Shown: positions 48,623-62,461 of the stretch, piece after piece | How positions within the stretch are numbered: position 1 is the first letter of the stretch | How the letters are laid out: each line of letters starts with the position of its first letter | Assembly: GCA_014905635.1 (NCBI GenBank) | Contig: JABVCE010000002.1 | Location: 310,001-374,000, forward strand | DNA length: 64,000 bases | Direction of reading: 5' to 3' | Source of the DNA: Scenedesmus sp. PABB004 | Lineage: Eukaryota | Program-made: the position numbers and the translations under genes | The notes under the pieces: generated by a model | Told to the model about the DNA's origin: nothing | The model's database searches: none | Seen by the model: only the letters and a program-made list of their open reading frames with translations

Positions 48623-49094
48623 TCACAGCGGGGTGCTCGGCGGCGGCTGCGCGTCGCCGACGTGCGACCGGCTCACGGCGTGCAGGCGCTCGTGCGTCTC
48701 GTCGGCCGCGCCCTCAAACTCCCCCGCCAGGGCGTTGTCCACCACCGCCGCGGGGCCCTCCGCAACCTCCAGGTGCGCCCTGGCGAGCCGGCCGCCGCCG
48801 GGCTCGTCGGCGCCGAGCGAGCGCGCGAGCGCGTCGCCCAGCGGGCTGCGCTCCGCGGCGGCGGCGGCGCCGGTGCTGCGCAGCCCGCGACCGGCCAGCG
48901 CGCCTGCGGCGCGAACAGGCGGGGGGTGCGTCGACAACGTCCGGCGGGGGCGTGGGGGCGCTCTGGGCAGCGCTGTGGCTGGCTGGCTGCGCTCCGGCGG
49001 GCCGTGCGCCCCGCCGCGCACCTCGCATCTCGGTGTTCACCACCAGCAGCAACGCCAGCAGCGTCGCCGCGGGCAGCGGTGGCCGCAGCGCCAT
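48623..49094 (-). CDS. Small putative secreted protein (about 117 aa)
   Basis: AAAATG start, hydrophobic TLLALLLVV; GT-AG intron 49021-48904 joins in frame to ALAGRGLRS..PPPSTPL*. Confidence 0.5.
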
Positions 49095-49191
49095 TTTCCG
49101 ACTGGTGCACGTATCCGCTACGTGCAAAGCTCCGCCTCCGCCGCGCTCTCTCCTCTAACCACGCACGATGATCAGACGCAGCACACACGGT

Positions 49192-49196
49192 TTACA
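49192..49196 (-). terminator. TGTAA poly(A) signal for the GT77 gene
   Basis: About 160 nt after the stop. Confidence 0.6.
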
Positions 49197-49356
49197 CGAG
49201 CGGCGGCGGGGCCGGCGAGAAAGTGCGCGATCGGCGGCGCTCAACTTTGAGGTTCAGCGCGAACCGACAGCACGCAATGTGCCGGCCGGATCTCTCCTCT
49301 CGCCCGCCGCCCGCTTGTTCACCCCTGGTAACGCCCTTCTTGGGCCCGCCGCCCGC

Positions 49357-51925
49357 TCAGCAGAAGAAGCTGTGCACTCGCTCGCCGCCGCCGCCGACGC
49401 GCCGCGCGCAGGCGCGCTGCGGCGAGCCGGTGGGGCGGATGGCGTGCAGGTGGCCGTCCGGCACGCCCGCGGCGGCGATGCGCGCCGCGCTGCGGCAGCA
49501 CCACTCTGCCGGCAGCTTGTCCAGCAGCGCGGCAAACGCCGCCGCGTGGCCCGGGTCGGCAAAGCCCGCAAACACGGTGCTCACGTTGGCCACGTGCAGC
49601 CAGTCGCCCGTCGGCTGCGCCGCCAGCAGCTCGCCCAGCAGCTCGCCGCTCAGCGCCGGCGGCACCACCAGCCGCCGCCGCCCGCCGGGCAGCGCCTGCT
49701 GCTCGACGCACGCCCCGCGCCCCAGCGGGGCGGCCTGCAGCGCGTGGCGCCACGCGTAGTGCGGCTGCGCCGCCGCGGCCGCGGCGCCCCCACGCCCGCC
49801 GCCGCGCAGTCGGGCCGCCCCGGCGCGAGCTCGACGCGCGCGTCGCGCGCCGCCGCGAGGCGCGCCGGCAGGCGCGGGTCGGTCGCAAAGCCCGGCGGCC
49901 GCACGCGCAGCGCCGCGCCGCCGACGGCGGGCGCGGGCGCGGCGAGGGCGTCCAGGTCGTACACATGGTCGCCGGGGCAGTCAAACGGCAGCACCGACCG
50001 CGCGTCGCCGGGGAGGCGGCACGCCTCGTTCGCAAACCACCCGCGCACGCAGAAGCAGCGCATGCGCGGCAGCACGAGCGTGCGGTTCAACGCGAGCGCG
50101 AGCCCCAGCGCGTGCCAGAGCTGCGAGAGCTGGTCGTCCACGGCGCGCGCGTGCACCACCTCCATGTCCTCCTCGCCCCGCGCCGCGCCGTCGCGCGCCC
50201 AGCCGCTAAACCCCGGCGGCACGGGCGGGAGGTCCAGGTCGAAGCTGAGCAGCCCCCCGGGCGGCGCGTAGTACTCGCTCCCGGGGGGGTCCCAGCCGAG
50301 GTGGGCGTCGCGGAGCTTGTACACCTTGCTCGCCAGGCCGCCGTAGCCAAACACCAGGTGCACCGCGTACGGCGGCGTGCCCTGGGCGCGGTGGAGCTGC
50401 ATCACGCCGAAGCTGTAGCTGTGCAGGAAGCTGCGCCCGGGGAGGAAGGTCAAATGGCGTGGCGTGGGGGGGGGGGGCGCGGCGCGTCAGGGGGGACGCC
50501 AGCGCGCGTGCGGCACGAGCGCCTGCCGAGCAGACAGCGCGGGCGAGCCAGCCGGTCCCCCTTCCTCCCCCCTCCCCCTGCCCCGCGCTGCGCGCATACC
50601 TGCTCAACGGGAGCTGGCCCATCACCACGGTGCCGCCCAGCACGCGCCCGAGCCGGCTGTCGTCGCCCGGCACGGCCGCAAACGGGCCCAGCACGGTCGC
50701 GGCGAGGGCCTTAAACCCCTCCTGATCGTGGTTGTGCGCGTGGCGCATGCTCAACCACTGCTGCAGCAGGTGCAGCACTGCGCGGCGCGCCGGCGGTGAG
50801 TGTGCGTGTGTTTGTGTGTGCGTGTGTGTTGGTGGGTGGGTGGGGGGCAGGCTGCCCGCTGTGCGCGACTTGCAGCCCCCGCGTGCGTGCCTGGGGGCTT
50901 GGCGCGGGAAAACCACACGCCAGTATTCATCAGGCGCCCCAGTGTGAACCCCAGCTCCAGCCCTGGGTCGCCGGGCGCCTTGGTCGTGTGGTGGGCGTCC
51001 AGGCTGATCAGAAAGTCGGCCTGCGCGCGCCGCGCAGGTCAGGGAGAGGGGGGGGGGGGGGGAGAGGGCAGGGAGGCCCGCGCGCGCAGTGCCGAGGGCG
51101 CGGGCGGGTGCAGGCGGGTGCAGGCGGGCGCGCCTGGGAGGCGTTGGCGAGGAAGGGCAGCGGGTCGGCCAGCCACGCGACGTCGATGTCGCTGACGAGG
51201 GCGTTGACCCCGAGCTCCAGCAGCGCCGCCGCCGCGGGCACCTTGCGCCACGTCGCGTCCTTCCACTGCCCGCTGCCCCACGCGTAGCCGTCGCCGCCGC
51301 CGCCGTGCCAGCGCCCGGGGCGCTGCTGCGGCTCCGCGAGCCGGAAGCAGGGCAGGCCGAGCGCCGCGAGCGCCGCGTCGGTGGCGTCGTCGGCGGCGGC
51401 GACCAGGAAGTATGTGATGCCCGCGGCGCGCACGTTGCCCAGCCAGTGGTGCAGCAGCGCGGGCGCGGTCAGGCGGTCGGCGACGGCCAGCAGCACCGTG
51501 CCGTCCCGCGCCGCGGCGGCCGCCTTCGCCGCGGTCAGCGGCCCGCAGCCCGGCGGCGGCGCCGCGCCCGCGGCGCCGGCGCCGCCCGGCGCCAGCCCGC
51601 CCGCCGCGTCACCGCGCCCGGGCGGCGCGTCGATCGGCGCGCCGGGCAGCAGGTCGCCGCTGCCAGCTGCCGCCGGAGCAGCTGCAGGAGCAGCGCCGGA
51701 TGTCAGCGCCGCTGCGCTGAGCGCCGGCGGCGGCGCCCCGCCGCCGGTTTGCCCCTGGCTGCGCAGCCACGCTGGGCCCGCGCCGGAGCTCTGCCGCAGC
51801 ACCAGGGCCACCACGGCCAGCGCCGCAAGCGCCGCCGCAGCCAGCAGCGGGCGCCGCGGCGCGCCGCGCGGCCGGCGCTGGCCGCCGCCTGCCAGCGCGC
51901 CCGCTGCGGGCGGGGCGTGCGCCAT
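49357..51925 (-). CDS. GT77 nucleotide-diphospho-sugar transferase, XEG113-like arabinosyltransferase
   Basis: Type II TM anchor; LVSDIDVAWLADP (DxD), MNTGVWF, HDQEGF, PYAVHLVFGYGG..KVYKLRD, ALALNRTLVLPRMRCFC, FDCPGDHV, EWCC. Confidence 0.88.
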
Positions 51926-52425
51926 CGCTCAGCGCGGGGCCCGCATGACTGGTAGGAGTATGGAGTAGCTGGATTGTGGGGTGTCAGGTGCTGGAGGGCA
52001 GCAGGCGCGACGCCGCGTCGCGGGCTGCGGCAGTTGCGGGCGGCGGTTGCGCGCGCGGCGCGCCGACGGCGGGGGAGTGGGCGGCGCCGCCGCGGCGCGC
52101 AGGTGAGTCGCTGCTGTCGCCAGCAGCGCGCGCCTAGAGCGACGCGGTGTGACGGGCCTGGGGGTTTGGCGGTCAGCGTTTGAGCGGACCGTCACGCTGG
52201 TCGCCGGCGACCTCGCCGCCCCGCGCTCGGCGGCGCCCACAGCTTGCTCCGCGCGCGGCCCCACTCGCTCTCTCTGCTGCTGACCGGCATGGCAGCGGCG
52301 TCGCGGTGCAGCGGCGGCAGCAGCAGCGGCAGCAGCAGCGGCAGCAGCGGCAGCAGCAGCGGCAGCAGCGGCAGGAGCGGCGGCAGCAGCAGCACACGCC
52401 ACCGGCGATAGCGGGGCCCGGCGGC

Positions 52426-54057
52426 ATGGCGGCGGCGCGGGCGCGCGGCGACCGGCTGCGCGCCGCCGGCGCGGCGGCGTGGAGCGGGCTCTGCGCTCTG
52501 CTGGTGCTGCGCTGGGCGCGCGCGCTGGACGCGCAGCACGTGGCGCTGCTGTACACCTACTGGCAGCCGCTCGCGCCACCGCTGCTCATGCTGTGGCTCT
52601 GGGCACGCGCGGTCGAGCACTGGGAGGCGGCCGGCCAGCCCTACGACGCGTGCTGGCCCGAGGCCGAGCGGCGCTGGCTGCCGCCGGCGCGCGAGCTCTT
52701 CGCCGCGGCGCGCCTGCTCACCTGCGCCTCCGCGGGCGCGCTCGCGGCCTGCGCCTGGCTGTGCACGACGGGGCGCCCGCTCGCGCCGCTGGCGCTGCCG
52801 CCGCTGGCGTACCTCGCGGCCGGCGCGGCGCTGCTGGCGCCGGGCGCGCCGCCGCGGCGCGGCGCGCGGCTCTTCTTCGCGCGCACGCTGCTCAAGGTCG
52901 GCGCGCCGCTCGGCAGCGTCGGCTGGGCCGACTTCCTGCTCGCCGACTGCCTGACCTCGCTGGCAAAGAGCAGCAGCGACGCCTGGCGCGCGAGCTGCCT
53001 CATCCTGCACGGTGCGGCGGCCCCGCGGCGGCCGCGCCGCGCGCCGCGCACGCTGCGCGCTGCCCGCGCGCCACCCACGCGCCGCCGTCGCGCCGCGCCG
53101 CAGGCCCGCTGGCGCACCCGAGCCACCCCAGCAGCGCCGCCGCGGCGGCCGCGTGCGGCCCGCTGCGGCTGCCCGCGCTCGGCGCGCTCGTGCTGCCGTT
53201 TGTGCTGCGCATGCTGCAGTGCGTGTCGGTCTGGCGCGCCGGCGGGCCGCGCGGGCAGCTGGTCAACGCGCTCAAGTACGCCTCCTCGCTGCCCGCGCTC
53301 GTACTCACCGCGGTGGAGCACGAGCACCACGTCGCCAAGTGAGGCCCGCCCGCCGCGCAATCTGCCGCCGCGCCGCCAAGCGGGGGGGGGGGGGGGGGGC
53401 GGCGCCGAGCGCGCCGCCGCCGTGGCCGCCGCCTCGGCTGGCGCCGCGCAGGCGTGCGTTTGCGTGGCGGCGCACGTGGATTGGCGTGATGGCCTTCAAC
53501 TCGCTCTTCTCATTCTACTGGGACGTGGAGCAGGACTGGGACATGCCCTGGCTCGCGCAGTACGGTGAGTGTGCGGCACCCCCGCGAAGTCGGGCCGGCG
53601 GCAGGCCAGCAGCCGCGCCAGCCCGGTCGCCGCGCCCAGCCACCGCGCCGCCGCCGCGCCCGCAGGCGGGCGCCGCCTGGGCCCGCTGCGCCTGCCGGCG
53701 CTCAAGGGCAGCCACGCCTACCCGGCGGCCTGGTACACGTGGCTGCTCGCCTCAAACCTGGCGCTGCGCTTCACGTGGGCGCACCGGCTGCTGGGCGACG
53801 CCGAGGCCCACAACGAGGTGCTCATGGCTGTCGCGTGCCTCGAGGTGCTACGCCGCGCGCAGTGGCTCTACGTGCGCGTCGAAACCGAGCTGCGCAGGCT
53901 GGGGCTGCTCGCGCCGGCGCTGGAGGACCTGCCGCCGCTCGCGCACGCCTCCTCGCGCGAGGGCAGCGCGAGCGGCGGCGGGCTGGCCGCCCTGCTCAAG
54001 GGCGCGCACGCGCGCGACGGCGGCGCCAGCAGCGGCGGCGGAGCGGCGCTGCGGTGA
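52426..54057 (+). CDS. EXS (ERD1/XPR1/SYG1) family membrane protein without SPX domain
   Basis: WADFLLADCLTSLAK, RMLQC, NALKY, FYWDVEQDWD, NLALRFTW, LEVLRRAQWLYVRVETE. Confidence 0.92.
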
Positions 54058-54277
54058 GAGGCGGGGGCCCGCCGCTGCGACGCGGCGGCGGACGGCAACC
54101 GGCAACCGGCGCGGCGGTTGTGCGCGGACCCTTGCGCCCTGCGCGCCCTGCTCTCCTCGCCCGGTCGGTGTCGGCCTCCCCGCTCGCACCCGCGCCCACC
54201 GCGATCCCCTGCAAGCGCCCCCGCCAGCCGCACAGAGCGACGACGAGCTCGATCATCTGCTGCTTCTGGAGACCGCC

Positions 54278-55786
54278 ATGAAGGCCGCGATCGCGCTCCT
54301 CCTGGTGGCGGCGGCCATCGTGGCCCCCGCCGCCGCGTCTGACCCCACCGAGTCGCTGCCGGGAGTGCACGACCTTAGTGAGCGCCGGGCGGGGGGCGGG
54401 CGCACGGACAGCGATGCACGCCCGGCCCGGCGCCTGCGGCCGCCGCGCGGCCGCGCGGCAGGCCGCATCATAGGCAAACCCGTGACGCGCGCGCCCAGGC
54501 GCGCTCCGGCGGCTCCTCGCGCGCTCACACGCCGCGCTGCCGCCGCCGCCGCTGCTGCCGCCCCGCAGCGCCCGACACGTTCGACAAGATCGTCAACGGC
54601 GCCAAGCACGTCCTGGTGGAATTCTACGCTCCCTGGTGCGCGTGATTGCGCGGGCGGCAGCGGTCGCCGCGATGCGCCGCGATCGCCGCCGCCTAGTCGG
54701 TTGCGCGGCCGACACCCACGGCCTGCCCGTCCGCCCGCGCCCCGCCCTGCAGGTGCGGGCACTGCAAGCACATGACGCCCGAGTACAAGACGCTCGGCGA
54801 GACGGTGGCCAACGACGCCAACCTCAAGTCGCGCGTCGTCATCGCCAAGGCGCGCCGCGCCGCGCCGCGCCCCTTGCCCCCCCCCTCTCCCCGCGCCGCG
54901 CCGCGCGGCCTCCTGCTGACGCCGCCGGCGCGGCGCGGCGCGGCGCGGCGCGGCGCGGCGCAGGTCAACGCGGACGAGCACCGCGAGCTGGGCGAGCGCT
55001 TTGGCGTGCGCGGGTTCCCGACGATCAAGTACTTTGCGCGCGGCAAGCCCGTGACCGAGGCGGCCGCGCAGGCGTACGAGGGCGCGCGCATGGCGGACAA
55101 GTTCCTGGAGTTCCTGCAGCAGAAGCTGGAGGAGGACAAGGCGCGCGCGCGCACGCGCGGAGGGGGGGGGGGTGTTTGTTGGCGTCCGGGCACGCGGGCG
55201 CGCGGGCGCTCGGCCGTGGGCGACCGCCCGCCCGCGCGCGCGCGGCGCGCAGGGCTTTGCGCGCGTGCCGGCGCTGGACAAGCTCGCCAAGAAGTTTGTC
55301 GCGGCCAAGGCGGACAAGGCCGCCGTGCTCAAGGAGGCCGAGGCGGCGGTGAAGGCGGCGGGCAAGGAGGAGGCGGCCAACGCGGAGCTCTATGCCACGT
55401 TCATGAAGCGCGCCATCGCAAAGGTGACGCGCGGCGCGGCGCGGCTGCGCGCGTGTGCGTGCGTGCGCGGCTGGGCCGCGCGCTCTGCGCCGCCCGCTGC
55501 GGCGCCCGCGCGTGCGCGCCCCGCCGACCGCGTTGCTGCCGCCTGCCCCCTGCCCCCCTTACACAAACACCCACACACACACACCACACCAACACCCACC
55601 TGCCCGCCCACCCACCAGGGCGACGAGTACCTGGAGAACGAGCTCGCGCGCCTGGAGCGCATGATCGGCACGGGCAGCGTCGCGGCGGCCAAGGTCGACG
55701 AGATGTCGCGCAAGGTCAGCGTGCTCTCCGCCTTCACCGACAAGGCCCCCGCCGACGAGGACGACGACGAGGACGACGAGGAGTGA
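54278..55786 (+). CDS. Protein disulfide isomerase-like protein (one WCGHC thioredoxin domain plus ERp29-type C-terminal domain)
   Basis: Signal peptide; VEFYAPW|CGHCK; GVRGFPTIKYF; GDEYLENELARLERM..VLSAF. Confidence 0.93.
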
Positions 55787-55963
55787 GCGGACGGCGGGGC
55801 GCGGCACGCGCGGCCGCGGCGGCGCGGCGGCGCGTGCGGGCGGCGCGCCGCGGCGTGGCGCGGCGGGGAGGGCGAGCGGCGTCGGGCGCGGGCGCTCGTG
55901 ATTTGGCTGGATGGAGCGGCGGCCGCGCGTGGCGGCGGAAGCCTGGTCTGGCGGGGGGCTGCG

Positions 55964-55968
55964 TGTAA
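55964..55968 (+). terminator. TGTAA poly(A) signal for PDI
   Basis: About 180 nt after the stop. Confidence 0.65.
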
Positions 55969-56067
55969 CGCCGACCCTGACGCTGTCATCGTGTGGCCCC
56001 CGGGCAGGCCGCGCGCCTCGGGCGGCCGTCCGCGTCCGCGCGCGCGCCCGCGCACACGGCACTTGCG

Positions 56068-56072
56068 TTACA
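56068..56072 (-). terminator. TGTAA poly(A) signal for RPL11
   Basis: About 70 nt after the stop. Confidence 0.7.
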
Positions 56073-56140
56073 GCCCTAGCAACGCCCTGCGCGCCGGCCA
56101 CGTCGCGGCGCAGCCTGCCCGCGGGCAGGTCGGGGCGCGC

Positions 56141-57969
<1,829 letters not shown>

Positions 57970-58375
57970 GGTTGCCCGTTTGCAGCGACCGGCCTCCGGG
58001 AGGCTGCACACCAAGAGGGCGAGCAGGGGCCACCGCGCCGAGCCAAAGCCAGCGAGAGGGCTCGCGCGGTTCAGCATCAGCCTGACAGTCCCGGCTGCTC
58101 TTGCGCCCCGGTGCCCACGCTGTCCCAGGCGCCGTGATCAGGCGCGCCCGGCCGGGCCGCCAGCCCGTGCGCGCCTGGGCGCGCCGGCGGCGCTCGGGCG
58201 ATGCTGCGCGGCAGCGGGCGGGCTGGCGGCGCAGGCGGCAGCAGCGCGCGGGAACACACGCGTGCCACCCGCGCACACACGCGGCGCCGCGCCGGCCGCT
58301 GGGCGACCGCCGCCGCTGCGGCAGCACACGCGGCAGCACCGTCGCTCGCTGCTCGCGCGCGGCACCAGGTGCAAA

Positions 58376-58380
58376 TTACA
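58376..58380 (-). terminator. TGTAA poly(A) signal for the small mitochondrial protein gene
   Basis: About 125 nt after the stop. Confidence 0.6.
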
Positions 58381-58504
58381 GGCCTCCCCGATCCCTGCCG
58401 CCCCCCACCCCGCCCCCGGCCGCTGCGCCGCGGCGCGCTGCTCCTGCAGCCCCGCGCGGCGCGCGCCCCAGCTGCCGCTGCTGCTGCCCGCGGCCCCGCC
58501 GCGC

Positions 58505-59190
58505 TCAGTGCGCGGCCGCGGCCTTCTCCTCCGCGGCAGGCGCCTCCTTCTTGCCGCCGAACGCGGTGTAGAACACGGCGCCCCAGAACGCGACGCCCCA
58601 CCACGCCAGCTGCGGGGCGGGGCGCGGCGCGAGCGCGTCGGCGGCGCGCGCGCGGCCGCAGCGCGCCGTGAGCAGCGCCGCTGCTGCGACGCCCCTGCCG
58701 GCGCCGGCTGCTGCTTAGCCGCCGCTGCCGCTGCCACCGCTGCCACCGCTGCCACCGCTGCCACCGCAGCCGCCGCTGCCGCTGCTGCCGCCGCTGCCGC
58801 CGCCGTCGCCGCTCCTGCTTGTCGGCCCCTGCTCTCGCCAGCAGGGCAGGCTGCCTGCCGCCTGTGCAGCGCGCGGCCGGGGTCCCCACGAGGCCCAGCG
58901 CGCCGCCCGCGGCCGCGCGCGCCTGGTGCTTGTGCCACGCGTCCGGGTTGGTGGGGTTGTCCCACCAGTTCACAAACATGGAGTCGTCCTCGTCCTCTGC
59001 GGGCCGGCGGGGCGTCGGTGAGGCGGCCTGATCCAGCCGCGGGCGGCGCGGCGGGCGCGGGCGGGGCACGGGGCGGCCGCGGCGGCGCACCGCCGCCGGC
59101 CATGCCACGCTTCTGCTGGAAGGCCGTCGCCTGGCGCGGCAGCCGCGCGACGGCGCGCGCCGAGGGAGCGAAGGCCCGAAGCGCGAACAT
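58505..59190 (-). CDS. Small mitochondrial single-TM protein, probable respiratory complex IV accessory subunit
   Basis: MFALRAFAPSAR..QQKRGMAGG presequence; VNWWDNPTNPDAWHKHQ|LAWWGVAFWGAVFYTAFGGKK resembles a conserved plant mitochondrial small-protein family (recalled, not searched). Confidence 0.65.
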
Positions 59191-59556
59191 GGTGGCCCCC
59201 CACCGGACGACGCCGCGCCGGATCTGGGCAGCAGGGGCTGGGGGAGATCCCCGAGCGGGCCGCCTGGCGCGCGCGTGAGACTGGGCGCGGGCGTGGTCGT
59301 GGCGGTACGTCAGGGCGGGCGGCGGGGGCAGGCACAGGGCAACCGGGGAGGGAGCCGGGCGGGCGCCCGGCCAGGGCTCGAGCTGCTGCTGCTCCGGACC
59401 TGCAGCAGCCCTGGGCCCGCCCCGCACCCCCCGCACAGCCGCCCCGAGGCCTCCCGCCCGCGCCGCAGCGCGTCCCGACCGCCCCGCGCGCCAGGCGCGC
59501 CCCACGCGCGCAGCAGCGGGCGCCGCCAACCGCCGCGCGCGCGCCGCGCCGGCGCG

Positions 59557-60435
59557 ATGCCGCCGGTGGCGGAGGCGCCGCCCGCACCTGCGCCGGCGGC
59601 GGAGGCGCCCGCGCAGCCGTCGCCGCGGCTGCGGCAGCTGCAGAGCATGGCGAGCCTGCGCGACGACTGGGACTGCAAGGTGCCGCCCAACCTCACGCTC
59701 AGCATCGCCGTCCTCGGCGCGAGCGGCGACCTCGCCAAGAAGAAGACCTTCCCCGCGCTCTTCGCGCTCTACGAGAAGGGGTGCGGCGGCGCAGCACGGC
59801 CGTCCGCGCGCGCGCGCGCGCGCGGCGCCCGGGCGCCGCGACCGCGCGCGCGCGCGCGCCGACACGCCGCCGCCGCGCCCGAGCGCCCGCCCGCCCGCCG
59901 CCGCCCGCCGCGCCGCGCAGCTTCCTGCCGCGCGCGACGCAGATCATCGGCTACGCGCGGTCGGAGCTCACCGACGCGGGCCTGCGCGAGCGCCTGGCGC
60001 CCTTCCTAAAGGGCGACCCCGCGTCGGTCGAGCGCTTCCTCGCCCTCTGCGTCTACATCCAGGGCGACGTGCGCGCGCCGCGCGCCGCGCCGCGCTGCAC
60101 GCCGCGCGGGGGCCCTCTGGCCAAGCAACCCCGCCGCCGCGCCGCGCCGCCGCAGTACGCGGTCGGCGCGCCCGGCTACGACCGCCTCGCCGCGGCGGTG
60201 GGCGAGTGGGAGCACCAGCCCAAGGCGCCCGCGGGTCGGCTCTTCTACCTCGCGCTGCCGCCGTACGTCTACCCCCAGGTCTGCGGCGCGCTCGCGGCGG
60301 CGTGCGCCGACCTCGGCCCCGCCGCCGCGGCGGGGAGCTGGGTGCGCGTGATCGTGGAGAAGCCGTTTGGCAACGACCTCGACAGCAGCGAGGCGCTGTG
60401 CGAGCAGCTCGGCGCGCTCTTCCCGGAGAGCCAGC

Positions 60436-60466
<31 letters not shown>

Positions 60467-61934
60467 GCTCTCGCAGGTGGGCTTGTGTGCGTGTGCGTGT
60501 GCGTGTGTGTGGGGGGGGGGGGGCAGCGGGCGCGCGCGGGCGGCAGGCAGCGGCGGCGGCGGCGGCGCGGAGAGCGGCGCGCCTGGCGCCGCCGCGCCTG
60601 CGCCGCAGAACCTGCTGGTGATGCGCTGGGCCAACCCCATCTTTGGCGCGTGGTGGAACCGGCAGTACGTGAACAACGTGCAGATCAGCTTCAAGGAGGA
60701 CTTTGGCACCCAGGGCCGCGGCGGCTACTTTGACAGCTACGGCATCATCCGCGACGTCATACAAAACCACCTCACCCAGGCGCGGCGCGGCGCGGCACGG
60801 CGGCACGGCAGGGGCGCGGCACGCCGCGCGCTGCGCCGCCGCCGACGCGCGTGTCCGCCGGCGCCGCCGCCGGTGCGCGCAGCTGCTCGCGCTGATCGCG
60901 ATGGAGTGCCCCGTGTCCAACCACCCTGATGACATCCGCGACGAGAAGGCCAAGGTGCTGCGCTGCATCCCGCCTGTCGGCGTGAGCGACGTCGTGCTGG
61001 GGCAGTACACCGCGGGTGCGCGGCGGCGACGCGCCGCGCCGCCCGCCCGCGCGCGCGCGCTGACCGGCGCTGACCGGCGCCTGCCTGCCGCCCGCCCGCC
61101 CGCGCCCGCGCGCGCGCCCGCTCCCCGCGCGCGCGGGCCGCCTGCAGGCAACGGGCAGCCGGGGTACCTCGAGGACCCGACCGTGCCGCCCGGGTCCAAG
61201 GCGCCCACGTACGCGGCGTGCCGCCTCTTCATCAACAACGAGCGCTGGGCGGGCGTGCCCTTTGTGCTGCGCGCGGGCAAGGCGCTGAGCGAGCGCTCGG
61301 TCGTCGTGCGCATCCAGCTGCACGAGAACCCGGTCCCCCTCTTCGGCCCGCACGCCTGCCACACCCACATGCGCAACGAGTTTGTCATGCGCCTCCAGCC
61401 CGGTGCGCACCCGCCGCGGCGGCGGCGGGGGCGCGCTGCCGGCCGCGCGCCGGGCCGGCGCGCGTGCGCCGGGCTGGCGGCGGGCACCCCGCGCGCTCGC
61501 CCTGACCGCCGCCCGCCCGCCGACCGCCGCCGCCGCGCGCGCGCGCCGGCCCGCGGGGTGGTCGGCCAGGCGAGGCGATCTACGCCAAGATGGTCGTCAA
61601 GAAGCCGGGGCTGGACATGGACACGGAGATGAGCGAGCTCGACCTGAGCTACACGGAGCGCTACGCCGACGTCAACATCCCCGACGCGTACGAGCGCCTC
61701 ATCCTCGACTGCATCCGCGGCGACCAGCAGCACTTTGTGCGCCGCGACGAGCTGCGCGCGGCGTGGAGCGTGTTCACGCCGCTGCTGCACGCGATCGACG
61801 CGGGCGAGGTGGAGCCCGAGCCGTACGCGTACGGCAGCCGGGGGCCGCCGAGCCAGGACGCGTTCCTCGCGGCGTCGGGGTACAAGCGCTCCGCGCGCTA
61901 CACGTGGAAGCAGGCGCGCCAGTCCACGTCGTGA
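59557..61934 (+). CDS. G6PD: Glucose-6-phosphate 1-dehydrogenase (probably cytosolic type)
   Basis: [53 protein letters not shown]; no obvious transit peptide. Confidence 0.97.
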
Positions 61935-62461
61935 GCGCGGCGCGGGCGACGCGCCGCCTGGGCGTCGAGTTGCTTTGTGTGTTGTGTTGCACTCGCAGTC
62001 GCGCGCGCATTGACGAGAGCGGCGGCAGCACTGACTGGCGGCGGCGGCAGCAGCGGCGGCAGATGTGGCGGCGCACCCCAACCGCACGGTGCAACAGAGG
62101 CGGCGTGCCGGCGGGCGGCAGCGGCGGCACAGGGCGCAGCGGCGGGCGGATGACGGCGGGCCGTCTCAGCGCGCCATCCGGTGCAGAGCTGCCTCCCGCG
62201 CCGCCCCAGTCACTGCCCGCCGCTTGCAGCCGCGCCAGCGCACGCACAGAGCCGCTCTCGGCGAGCCAGGCCCGGCAGCCCGGAGCGCACGCGCGCCTGG
62301 CCCGCCGCGGCCTGCCAGCAGGCCTCAGCGCTCGGGAGTGGGGCAACAGCAGCTCCGGCTTGCGTGGGAGCCGCGGCAGGGCCCACGCCGCGGGGGGTGG
62401 GCGGCCGGCATCGCCGCAGCAACAGCGCCCGCGCAGCCCGCGCGCTGCCCTCGCGGCAGCC

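Noticed and set aside
49357..55786. GT77, EXS and PDI adjacency as a secretory glycosylation cluster
   Set aside because: All are common housekeeping families; no evidence of co-regulation is visible from sequence alone
55740..55786. PDI lacking KDEL/HDEL
   Set aside because: PDIs with an ERp29-type C-terminal domain commonly lack a canonical retention tetrapeptide
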